Source: Paraspadella gotoi
Taxonomy: Eukaryota > Animalia > Chaetognatha
Assembly (NCBI GenBank): GCA_051294375.1
Contig: CM119266.1
Location: 15,213,623 to 15,277,500, forward strand
Reading direction: 5' to 3'
Length of the DNA stretch: 63,878 bases
Both the position numbers and the translations under genes were made by a program. The first letter of the stretch is position 1. Every line of letters starts with the position of its first letter. Below are positions 40,079-52,926 of the stretch, in pieces. Below the pieces are notes generated by a model that saw only the letters and a program-made list of their open reading frames with translations, did not search any database and was not told the origin of the DNA.

Positions 40079-40594
40079 TTTTTTTCTTTTCCGCGACTCT
40101 GTTCCTCTACTCTCTTTTTTTTCTCTCAAGATTACCCCCTGGGTCTCATTTTCCCATCCATGATAGTGAGTTTCCTGTCAGCAGCAGCGTGAGGAGATTC
40201 TGCGTCATAATCGATTCCACGACCAAATTGATGCGCCTTTTTTTATCCTCACTTTCCTTCCTTTTTCTTTTCCTCTTTCTTTACTTCTTCTTTACTTATC
40301 CCTCTTCCTTTTCTTTTCTTTTCCTTTCTTTCTTTTTTTTTCTTTCTTTTTTATTTCTTTCTTCCTTTCTTTCTTTTTTTCTTTTTTTCTTTCTTTCTTT
40401 TTCTTTTTTCCTTTTTCTTCTTTCGTTTTCCTTTTCTATTTCTCCCTTTTCCTCTTGATTAAACACTTTTGTTTATTATTTCCTCGGAAATTGCCTTTCA
40501 TCACAGTGCTCTCTATCTCTCTCGCTCTCTCTCCCTTTGTTTCCCTTAATTCGATTCCGCGCTTCTCTCTCCCCAATTTTTTTCCTTCTCACAC

Positions 40595-42120
<1,526 letters not shown>

Positions 42121-42479
42121 AGAGAAATCTTAGAAGCGTCGACGGGATTACCTTCTCGTCGGCTCTTTGGGGTAAGGGGTAAAGACAGGGTGAGTTCGTT
42201 TCGACGGCCTAAGCGAGGAGCGGGGCCGTTTGGCGAAGGGCGGGGGATTTAAAGAGGCGGAGTTCGGGTTTTTCACAGGTGGATGATGTTTATGAATTTT
42301 TGGAGGATCAAAGGCGAAGTCCCTTTTTTTTTTATGTGGGGGGGAGGAGCTCAGATTTGCGAAATACCACGAACCGGAAGCCGCGACCACAAAGCAAACC
42401 GCGCGCCACCCACGCCGACGCCCACGCCGACGCCCACGTCTCGACCTCAAAAGATCGAATCGCGGGATCAAGAAATTGA

Positions 42480-42507
42480 GCCTCTTTTCGTCTCTCTCTC
42501 TCTCTCG

Positions 42508-42543
<36 letters not shown>

Positions 42544-43292
42544 TCTCTCCTCTTCATCCGGGGCCAGGGCCAAAAAACCGCGGTTTACTCCTGGCATAAA
42601 AGTCGTGAATTACCGACGCCATCTTTTTTTTTGGTATGAGATGCGAATTAAAAACGACGACGACGACGACGCCNNNNNNNNNNNNNNNNNNNNNNNNNNN
42701 NNNNNNNNNNNNNNNNNNNNNNNNNNNNNNNNNNNNNNNNNNNNNNNNNNNNNNNNNNNNNNNNNNNNNNNNNNNNNNGAGACAGAGAGCGGGCGCGTGA
42801 AACACGCTTGTCGGATGACGAGATGGAAATTGCAAGTTCTCTGATTTATGGAGAAATTTTATTCTTGGCCAAAGCCCAAGTCTATGGAAAGAAGTTTTGG
42901 ACTGAAGAAAGTTGTATCTTCTCAATAGGATTTGAAAAAAACAAGTTTATTCCTTCTTGGATTTTTTAAAACAGGAAATTGAATTATTCTTGCCAAATAA
43001 AGGAATAATTGGCAGTTTNNNNNNNNNNNNNNNNNNNNNNNNNGAATTCAATAAAATTCACGTTTTATATGGATATTTTGAGCCTATTTTCATTATTTAA
43101 AAATTTAGATATAGGTCAGACTTCTGCAGGGTAAAAATCCACTAGTGACAACAAATATACGAAATAAATAAGAATAGATTCCAAAACAATCAAAGAAAAA
43201 CAATTGATCGCCCCTCCTTTTCGTTCATGACGTTCGTCCGTCGTCGGTTCCCGTTTTGTTGATCCCTCATTTCCGTCGCATATTCTCATAAC

Positions 43293-43330
<38 letters not shown>

Positions 43331-43376
43331 AAAAAAAAAAAAAAAAAAAAAAAATAAAAAAAAAAAAAAAAAAAAA

Positions 43377-43435
<59 letters not shown>

Positions 43436-43560
43436 TGGACAGTCGCTGTGGTAAATTCACGACTTTTATGCCAGGCAGAGTAAACCCGCGTTTTTGGCCC
43501 TGGCCCCCGGAAAATTGAAAGAGGGAGAGAGAGAGAGAGAGAGAGAGAGAAGAGATGAGA
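42480..43560. repeat. Short inverted duplication 42480-42673 / 43215-43560
   Basis: ggggccagggccaaaaaaccgcggtttactcctggcataaaagtcgtgaattacc (~42560) pairs with ggtaaattcacgacttttatgccaggcagagtaaacccgcgtttttggccctggcccc (~43450). Confidence 0.9.
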
Positions 43561-43940
43561 GAGAGAGATGAGACATGAGAGAGAGAAGGAGAGATCTAGA
43601 GAGAGAGAGAGTAACAGGAGACAGAGAGCGGGCGCGTGAAACACGCTTGTCGGATGGACGAGATGGAAATTGGCCAAGTTCTTCTGATTTTATGAGGAGA
43701 AGAATGAATTATTCATTGGCCCAAAAGGCCCAAGTCTATGGAAAAGGAGAAGTTTCTGGACTGAAAGGAGCCGAAGCGAATAGTATGTTAATTCTTCTCA
43801 TTGAGGATTTTTGAAAAAGGAAAAAAAAAACCAAGTTATTCTTCTGTACCTGGATAAATTTTTTTAAAACAGGAAAACTTGAAAATATATTACCTCCTGC
43901 CAAAAAAAAAAAAATATAAGGAAAATAAAATTGCAGTTTT
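42779..43940. repeat. Short direct duplication 42779-43018 / 43617-43940
   Basis: gacagagagcgggcgcgtgaaacacgcttgtcggatg occurs at 42781 and ~43620; the second copy is insertion-rich. Confidence 0.9.
43294..43433 (+). repeat. 140-nt poly(A) with three T interruptions
   Basis: Seen directly; T at 43329, 43355 and 43378. Confidence 0.97.
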
Positions 43941-44228
43941 ATTATTACGTGAATTTTAATGAATTTTTTGTTTGTGTCCCGAATTGCCGTGAACGGAAAA
44001 AAAAATGTGAACCCTTTATTAATATTTAATTAATTTTTTCAAACTAGCTTTAATTATTTATAATAAGCCAAACTGTTGATATCATTAATATAATTATGGA
44101 TTATTAATCTCCTGGAGGTTACAAACTCTCTCGACAATACTCGTCAGTTCCCGAATTTCCAGCCTAAAGTCTAAAACTCATCGAAAGAGAGAGAGAGAGA
44201 GAGAGGATCGAAGAGGGAGAGAGAGAAC

Positions 44229-44259
<31 letters not shown>

Positions 44260-44380
44260 TGATGAGAGAGAGGAGACGAGAGATAGAGAGAGAGAGAGAG
44301 AGAGAAGAAAGAAAAGAAAAAAAAAAGATTTGTTTCCATAAGAAGACGTTGTCGAATTTCTCTCCTCTTCCAGTTTTTCC

Positions 44381-44885
44381 TTATTTTACTTCCCCTCCTC
44401 CCCCAAACCCAGCTTCCCCCCCTCCCACATTCTCTCGTTTTCGCGTTTGGCAACAATATCGCGCGCGCCGCCACAGACTTGACGCTGACGCCCAGTGACG
44501 CCCCATTGACATCCGGTGTCGCTGGCCGAAAACTATTATCTGCGGAGCAGAGTCGACGTCGTCGTCGTCGTCGTCGTCGTCGTCCTTATTTTTTTTTTGC
44601 TTCTGCGTTTTCTTCGTCATTTTCATCTTCGTCATCGTCGTCTTTGTTATCGACTTCCCCGTCGTCGACGTAGTTTTCTTCTTCGAGGTCGTCGTCGTTG
44701 TCTTAGTCGTCGTTTTTTTTTCGTCTTCGTCGTCGATGTCGGGGCTAATATCGAAACTCCCTTCATCCTATCCTCCCTCATTTCATTTCGCCCCCCGAAC
44801 CCCTGTTTTAGTCTTTTCTGTATGCTGGCCAAAATTCGAATTTCCGATAAATAATCTGAGAGACGGATCAGTCCCTGTCTGAAGG
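44381..44885 (-). CDS. Possible acidic low-complexity exon (DNDDDLEEENYVDDGEVDNKDDDDEDENDEENAEAKK), interrupted as assembled
   Basis: (ct)n-cag| acceptor at 44886-44887. The D/E frame at 44590-44702 is bounded by stops next to A-runs. It could equally be a decayed (GAC)n repeat. Confidence 0.2.
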
Positions 44886-44914
44886 CTGAGAGAGAGAGAG
44901 AGAAACGGATACTT

Positions 44915-44956
<42 letters not shown>

Positions 44957-45033
44957 CCCTTCTTTTTTATCCCGCGGAATTTGCGGTAATGTCTGCCACG
45001 AAGCGGAAAGACGCGGCGAGGTGAGGAAGCGTC

Positions 45034-45106
45034 TTTGCCGGGCGACGGTTGCCAAGGCGACGGTTGCCGAGGCGTCGCTGGTGTCACAAAGTCTTTGCTT
45101 GGCAAC
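45034..45106. promoter_or_regulatory. Cluster of RFX X-box-like motifs
   Basis: GTTGCCAAGGCGAC 45048-45061 (reverse GTCGCCTTGGCAAC fits GTNRCC-N0-3-RGYAAC), GTTGCCGAGGCGTC 45063-45076, TTTGCCGGGCGAC 45034-45046, TTTGCTTGGCAAC 45094-45106. Confidence 0.5.
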
Positions 45107-46084
45107 CCGTCTCGCTAATTGAACGACACCCTCCTCTTGTTTCCCGCGCGTGGGAAGGTTTGTCACCTCATTTTCTCACCTGAATCTTTAACGCCCGCCT
45201 TTTTTTTTCTCTCTTTTTTTTCGATGAGAGATTTTTCGCGAAAAGAAAGAAAAAAATTTTCTTTTTTTTCTCACGAGCTCAACGTCTGCGTTTATCATTA
45301 TTCATTAATTATTGTACATGGAATTTATTTCGAAGATGGGAAGATCGTCCTGAGATTCAATCAGTATCCACTTACTCCCAAGACCTTAAACCTTCCCTTC
45401 CCTCAACGACCCTCTCTCCTCCGAAGATGGGCTCTTCTCGCTTCCCCCCCCCCAAAATAGCCCCCCCCTGCTTTTTTTCATCGCCTCCGACGTTGCAATG
45501 TTTTCCTCCATTTGTCTTTCCATTCATCAAAACCATTTTCCATCTCATTGCCTCGATTTTCTTAATCGTTTTTCGTTAGCTTCCGGCCGCCATGGCGGGT
45601 TTTTCTCTCTCCTTCCCCAGCGCGCGCACGCTTTAGACTGACACGTTCGCACGCTCGCTGGAGTTCTTTTTTTTTTTTTGCGTGCGCAAGCTTGCTCCAC
45701 GAGGGGAAGACGATCGTGGCAGAATTGTCTGTTTGGATGTAAGTGTAAAAAGAAAAGTGTAAAGTTAAAAGTCTAAAAATAAATAAATTTTTTGACAATT
45801 TCGCGCCATTAAATATAAGAGATATCAGGGTTTATTGGTTAAATCAAGAAAAAACTAACTGGAAAATCAGTGATCGAACCAAACGCCTCTATTTACTAAC
45901 GAGTAACGATCGCATAATTTTTCTGGCGCGTTGGCACTACTTGACCCTCGACGACCGACGCGCCCTCTGAGACCATCGTCGATCGTTTAAGCCGAAGCGC
46001 CACGCCCACAAACTGTTTTGGAAACGGGGGGCGTCGAGAGCGGGACCCGCGACTGGAAGTTTTTCAACGAATTCCTTTGAGGGA

Positions 46085-46089
<5 letters not shown>

Positions 46090-46120
<31 letters not shown>

Positions 46121-47630
46121 NNNNNNNNNNNNNNNNNNNNNNNNNTCTTCTCCTCTCTCTCTCTCTCTCTCTCTCATTCTTCTCTCTCTCTTCTCTCTCT
46201 CAAAACCAAATGAGATGCCTTCGTACGAGGCTTTGCAAAACATCTCCTTTCGTAATAGTCTTCTCTCCTTTTTTTTTTTAAAAAACTTTTCCGTTTTCTC
46301 TCCGATTTTTTTGTTTTGATTTCCTTTCCTCCCTTTTTTCTGGGGTCGCACTTCAAAACATAACGACATTCCTTCGATTAAACTTTTTTTCTCCAACCAT
46401 TCTGCTCGCCGAATTTTTTTTTTACCCTAACCCTGTCAAACCTTCACTTTCGCGCAATTTTTCTTTCTACGAATTTTTTTGCCTCCTACTATTTTCCTCT
46501 TCATCATCCTTATTTCTTCATATTTATTTTCTTCTTTCCTTTCCTCAACCTTCCCCCATTTCGTCCTCCTCCCTTCGCCCAGAATTTCCCGCCGATCCTC
46601 CTTTCCCTCTTTTTCCCGCAAGCAGCGCGAACCTTATTACCATGGCCATCATTGTTCTTGATTGACAACGACAAGAAGAAAAAGAAGAAGACAACGCCGG
46701 TGCGTTTCCCGAGACCGGTCGTCGTCGTCGTCGTCGTCCGTCGTCGTCGTCCGTCGTCGTCTCCCAATGACGCTTATGACAAAAGTGATGGGTTTACGCA
46801 CGCCGGGAGAATGCCGGTTTTTCTTTTTGTGTTCCAGACAATTGAGGGGAACGACTTTTCAGCAATGGCAAAATGATCGCTTTCATTATGGACGCGCTTT
46901 ACCAGACACGGGGGTGAGTTAACAAATGTTTAAATTGGTGTGCCTTAACGGAGACGCGAAGCAGCGGCAAAAGACAATAATGGGGAAAAAAAAGGGAAAA
47001 AATAAAAGAAGTTTATGATTATTTTTCAAGTCTAATATGTAATTATGACAAGAACCTTAAAGAACAATTCTACGCAGATAGGCTTCGCGCGAAAACGAAA
47101 TTTAGAAATGTTTACATCCAATTTATTTTTTTTCCCTTCCAAAACGTTTCATGTTTACTCCGCTCTTGTTTCCACATTTTACCTCATTTCCCCCTCTTCC
47201 CACAACCGTCACTCCCTCGTTTTCGTCCCATCAGTTCTCATATTCGTTTTCCATTTCCTCGCTCCGTTTCCTCCTTCCATTCCCTTCGTTCGCCCTTATT
47301 TTTTTTTTCTGGGTCAAAAACCCTCCGGAACCCTCCAATTTTTTAAAGGGGGGGGGGCGAGTCGGGGGTATGAGGGGAGTGGAGGTAAGAGAGGGAGCGG
47401 GCGAAACGTGAGGCTCTAATTGCCACAAACTTGACGCTTCATTCGGAAAAATCACGGATTTATCATTCGCGAAAGACGGTAGATGGCGAGCCGTTGATTA
47501 CCCGAGAATACGCCCTCTGGGGCCAAATCAGGCGACAAACAAAATCTCGACGGCCCGAGCAAAAAAGGGAAATAATGGAAAAAAAAAGACACGTATTTCC
47601 TTAAGGGAAAAGGGAGAGAGAGAGAGAGGA
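46090..47630. repeat. Inverted duplication, right arm
   Basis: Reverse complement of 40690-42120 with many indels; 25-N gap at its inner edge. Confidence 0.94.
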
Positions 47631-50458
47631 GAAGGCGGGAAGACGAGGGGTTTGTGAACTGCATCCTTGTAAACAAACAAATTCGTCGACGGGGAATCCA
47701 CGATTATCAACAAACCCAAGTTTGGCGGATCTTTTTCGTCGTCGTCGTCGTCGTCGTTATCACCATCGTCTTCTGATCATCCGCTTTATTTCTTTTGTGA
47801 TAATGATGCAGCCAAACGAAATCGCTCCACGTTTCTTGTCTTGAGCGAAAAACCAAACTTACCTCTTGTTCCTTTTCCCTTTTAACTCAACCAGTCCATC
47901 GCCTANNNNNNNNNNNNNNNNNNNNNNNNNNNNNNNNNNNNNNNNNNNNNNNNNNNNNNNNNNNNNNNNNNNNNNNNNNNNNNNNNNNNNNNNNNNNNNN
48001 NNNNNNNNNNNNNNNNNNNNNNNNNNNNNNNNNNNNNNNNNNNNNNNNNNNNNNNNNNNNNNNNNNNNNNNNNNNNNNNNNNNNNNNNNNNNNNNNNNNN
48101 NNNNNNNNNNNNNNNNNNNNNNNNNNNNNNNNNNNNNNNNNNNNNNNNNNNNNNNNNNNNNNNNNNNNNNNNNNNNNNNNNNNNNNNNNNNNNNNNNNNN
48201 NNNNNNNNNNNNNNNNNNNNNNNNNNNNNNNNNNNNNNNNNNNNNNNNNNNNNNNNNNNNNNNNNNNNNNNNNNNNNNNNNNNNNNNNNNNNNNNNNNNN
48301 NNNNNNNNNNNNNNNNNNNNNNNNNNNNNNNNNNNNNNNNNNNNNNNNNNNNNNNNNNNNNNNNNNNNNNNNNNNNNNNNNNNNNNNNNNNNNNNNNNNN
48401 NNNNNNNNNNNNNNNNNNNNNNNNNNNNNNNNNNNNNNNNNNNNNNNNNNNNNNNNNNNNNNNNNNNNNNNNNNNNNNNNNNNNNNNNNNNNNNNNNNNN
48501 NNNNNNNNNNNNNNNNNNNNNNNNNNNNNNNNNNNNNNNNNNNNNNNNNNNNNNNNNNNNNNNNNNNNNNNNNNNNNNNNNNNNNNNNNNNNNNNNNNNN
48601 NNNNNNNNNNNNNNNNNNNNNNNNNNNNNNNNNNNNNNNNNNNNNNNNNNNNNNNNNNNNNNNNNNNNNNNNNNNNNNNNNNNNNNNNNNNNNNNNNNNN
48701 NNNNNNNNNNNNNNNNNNNNNNNNNNNNNNNNNNNNNNNNNNNNNNNNNNNNNNNNNNNNNNNNNNNNNNNNNNNNNNNNNNNNNNNNNNNNNNNNNNNN
48801 NNNNNNNNNNNNNNNNNNNNNNNNNNNNNNNNNNNNNNNNNNNNNNNNNNNNNNNNNNNNNNNNNNNNNNNNNNTCTCTTGCTTTTTCTCATGCTTTCTC
48901 TCACTCTTCTACGTAATTGGCGCTTCTTCTTTCAAAGACACACCACAAACCCTCACAGCGCGCCTCCTCGATCTGCCGACATTTCCATCGTTTTTGCGCT
49001 CTCAAGCGGCGCTTTTCCCTTCGGCTTTACGCCCTCTCTGGCCCCGAGGCTGACCCGAGGAGGTCATTCACCGATACTTTTTTNNNNNNNNNNNNNNNNN
49101 NNNNNNNNNNNNNNNNNNNNNNNNNNNNNNNNNNNNNNNNNNNNNNNNNNNNNNNNNNNNNNNNNNNNNNNNNNNNNNNNNNNNNNNNNNNNNNNNNNNN
49201 NNNNNNNNNNNNNNNNNNNNNNNNNNNNNNNNNNNNNNNNNNNNNNNNNNNNNNNNNNNNNNNNNNNNNNNNNNNNNNNNNNNNNNNNNNNNNCCCGCTC
49301 GGCTCTGTCGGCCACGTCGGCGTCCACTGACCCTCTCACGGCCTTCTCGCCCCGAGTCAAGCCCTCACGCCCTTCCGCCCTCTTGGCGCCCTCGAGGGGC
49401 GAAAGGGACTCAATATTATTTATCCATCGTAACCCCTGGGGCGATGAAAAAGGGCGAGATTCGGGAGAGAGAGCGCGCGAGTCAAAATTTCGTGGATAAT
49501 CGAACTGTCGCTGTGTGGGTATTTCGATTGCCAATTAATTTTAATTACATAACATTGACTTGACCTTGAGAGTTATTATGTTCGATCTCCTTTTAGATCC
49601 CCCCCCCCGCTTCTTCGATTCTTCCCTGATTGCCCCAGTTTGTTTTTTGTTTTTTTAAAACTATTAACTTTTAATATTCAACCGAAACCTCGGAATCGTA
49701 TTTTTCTTCCGCGCCAAAAAGCGTTAATCCACCTTCTTTCGCTACTCAAAAACTTTTTTTTCAAAAGCGTCGACACTGGCGTGAGAGAAAAAATAGAGCT
49801 CGCTCCCCAAAAAATCGTAAATAAACAAAAAAAAGGGTCAGATTTTTTGGCATTTTTTTTCTTTCTCGACGCGCGCTAGGATTTGCCTCTTGTAAAAGCA
49901 TCAAGTGTTTTCCTATTTCTTTTTTTTTTTTCTTTATATTTCTCGGATTCGTTATTCGCCGAAAAAAGCCCCATAAATCAAAGCCAATCCGATATATGCG
50001 GGTATAGAATTTGGCCAAATATAAAAAAAAGAATCTTTCACACTCGCAGAGTCGCAAACACTTTTTAGCTTTTTCCCATTTTGCTTCGCCACCCTCTCCG
50101 TTTCCGGTCCCCCTTCTCCCTCTTTTTTATATTTCTCGATGGAATGCGTAAGTGGTGAATGGGAAATCTTTTTAAAGCCGCCAGCGTCGCCACGGCGTTG
50201 GTCGAAAAGCGGGGCCGCCGCCGCCGCCGCCGCCGCCGCTGCCGACGACAAAAATGGCCGACCATCGCTAAGCTCGAATAAGGGCGAAAGAGAGAGGGAG
50301 TGTGGCGGCGTCGGTCGCTGGCGAGGCGGCGCCGACTTTGAGCGCCGCCAGTCGGCGTGACCATTTCCTGAGCGGAATGAAAAGGACGCCGAGTTGTTTA
50401 TGTGACGCCCAGAAGCGAAGGTGAGGTTTTAAGTGGAAAGGGTTACGATGTCGCGTTT

Positions 50459-50463
<5 letters not shown>

Positions 50464-50546
<83 letters not shown>
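50464..50546. repeat. Perfect (GA)n microsatellite
   Basis: Seen directly. Confidence 0.98.
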
Positions 50547-50548
<2 letters not shown>

Positions 50549-50896
50549 CTGAAAATTACATTTTAGGCACGGAAATCCAGCGGTTTTAATTTAAATTTAA
50601 TTTAAATTTAATCAATTTCAACAAATTTTTGTCATTTCTGAAATATCAACTGTACTTTGCATGTATAGAAGCCTTCTAGCATTTACTTAATAATCTATTT
50701 AATTCGCATACTTATCATCAACAGCCAAGATGCCTCATCTTCCCAACGCTGTTCATTCTAAAACTATCGGTCAATTGAAACTCCTTGCAGCTCATACCCC
50801 CCTCCCACCCGCTACGCCACAGCTACACTAAAGCGATGCCCGTCGCGTCCTCCATTATCCGCGCGATGGGAGACTCAAAAGAGGAAATTGTAGAGG

Positions 50897-50915
50897 ACCG
50901 GAAGTGGGCGTGGCT
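50897..50915 (+). promoter_or_regulatory. Overlapping ETS (ACCGGAAGTG) and SP/KLF (GGGCGTGGCT) motifs
   Basis: Two full consensus matches sharing one base. Confidence 0.45.
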
Positions 50916-51933
50916 AATATAGGTTGGATGCAAAATTAAAAATTACTGCCACTTTTCATTTTACTTTAGGTCGGTCGATGATTAAAGGTTTTTGGCTGAA
51001 AGTGGCCCAGTGTCTGTCTCATAATCCAGTATATTAAACTAAATCCATTTTAATTTAATAAATTACAAATTCGAGCATCAATTATAATCAACTTTAAACA
51101 GTTTTTTGTACCCAAGATAGAATCCAATTTATTGTCCTCGTTCCCTTCACCGCGAACGCTTTCCCAAAGTGTCATCGACTCCCGCGCTTGCGCAGGCGGG
51201 TCTCGCTCGTGGCTTGACCCACATCCGGGTCCCGCGCGAGAGAATTCGCTTTTATAAATTTCTCGGCGACGTTGATCTTGTTAAGGGAATGAGAAATCGG
51301 AGGGAAATGACTAAGGGTCGCGGGGTCATTGCGGAGAAGACGCGTAAAAGGGAGGGGGGAGCTGGAGGGAGAAGAGAATGTCACTCTTCATTGACGGAGG
51401 AACAAAGACCTTTGGAGATGAAATACGCTTTTCCTTCTCAACTAAAATGAAAAAAGTTTAACAGAAATATCAATACGGCACTTTGTCTAAAAAGTAAAAC
51501 AAAAGCAAGTAAATATCTAACGGTTATCGCTCCGATAACTCCAAAATCCAAGGCGTCATTTCCGCCGCGGCGCCATTAGCGCCACCCGTCACCGAACAGC
51601 GCCCATCGACTCCACGCGTTTTTTTCATTTGGTGGCGCGAAGAAGGCGACGCCGATTTTTTGGTGGCGCGCGCTCGGAGGCATGTTCGTGCCACTTCCTG
51701 TCGCCGCGGCGGATGGCGGGAGACGGCGGCGAAACGCGATCCGAGATTAAAGGCGTCGCTTATGAAAAGTCCCTTCCAAAGAGACGTTGACCATTAGGAG
51801 AAAGAAAAAGGGAACGGAGAAATAGTTGTAGCGAGGGATGGCGATGTAGACGTTCAAATTAAACTACTAAGGCAACGGGTTTCTTTAGCTTTTTTGCCAT
51901 AAGCCACTGCTATCTTTATCAATTCCCAACACA

Positions 51934-51977
51934 ATGTAACCCATATGTAACCCATATGTAACCCATATGTAACCCAT
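51934..51977. repeat. Perfect minisatellite (ATGTAACCCAT)x4
   Basis: Four exact 11-bp units plus a partial ataacc. Confidence 0.95.
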
Positions 51978-52566
51978 ATAACCTTAATCGTCGGATTACA
52001 CAACCTCCATTACATGTTTTTCACCGTATCTTGTTCGAACGGTAAAAAAAAAAGTCCATTCGCCGGCGTCGTCTACGTCGTCGTCGGCGTCGGCGTCGTC
52101 GTCGGCGGCGCCCATCGACTTTAAGCGGGATTCATCGGCGCTGACGCCATCATCGTATCTTTCGATCATCGGCTCTCGCCTAATGACGAACTCTCCCCTT
52201 AAAGCCTTCGCTCTTTCTTTCGCTTTCTTTTTTCGTTCCCCTTATTTCCTTCGCGGCGCGTCGATTTATTTTCTTCTTTTCTTTTTTTTTTCGTAGTTTT
52301 CATCCTCTCTCATCTCTCCTCCTCTGTCCTCTCCTCTCTCTTCTCTGCTCATCTCTTCATCTCCTCTCTCCTCCCTCTCTTCTTCTCTCTTCTCTCTCTC
52401 TCTTTCTCGTCCTCTTCTCTTTTCTCATTCTTGTTTATGACCAGACAGGGGAGATCACAAAAGATGGTCAATGAGTGACTAAGGGAATCAAGAACTAAAG
52501 CCGTGAATCTCGAGAGGCCGCGACGCTGAAACAGACGCACAGAAGTCATTTCAAGCGACCAACGAT

Positions 52567-52632
<66 letters not shown>

Positions 52633-52926
52633 CAGAGAGAAGAGAGAGAGAGAAGAGATAGACTATCTGAGACAACTGAGCCGGGGGCGTTTTGGGGTTT
52701 GATAACAAGAATTTCCCTTATTACATAAAGGCGGCATTTTTTTTTTGCTTTATCCGATCGCAAAGGAAGTCAAAAAGAAATGAGAGAAGACAATGAAAGC
52801 CGACTCTCTCTCTCTCTTCTCATCTTCTCATCTCATCTCCCTCGACCCTTTGACCTCGTCGGCTGCCATGACCGCCCCCATCCGATCCCCCCGCGTCCAA
52901 CCTCTCCCTCTCACCCGCGCTGCCTC

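Noticed and set aside
43294-43433. Retroposon or processed-pseudogene poly(A) tail
   Set aside because: Both flanks match those of a T9 run in the inverted twin; there is no TSD or upstream element body.
47866-49053. 395-aa ORF and other long X-filled ORFs
   Set aside because: Their length comes from N-runs.
51934-51977. CRISPR array or true telomere
   Set aside because: Contiguous 11-bp units with no spacers, only four copies, an internal position, and no cas genes in a eukaryotic context.
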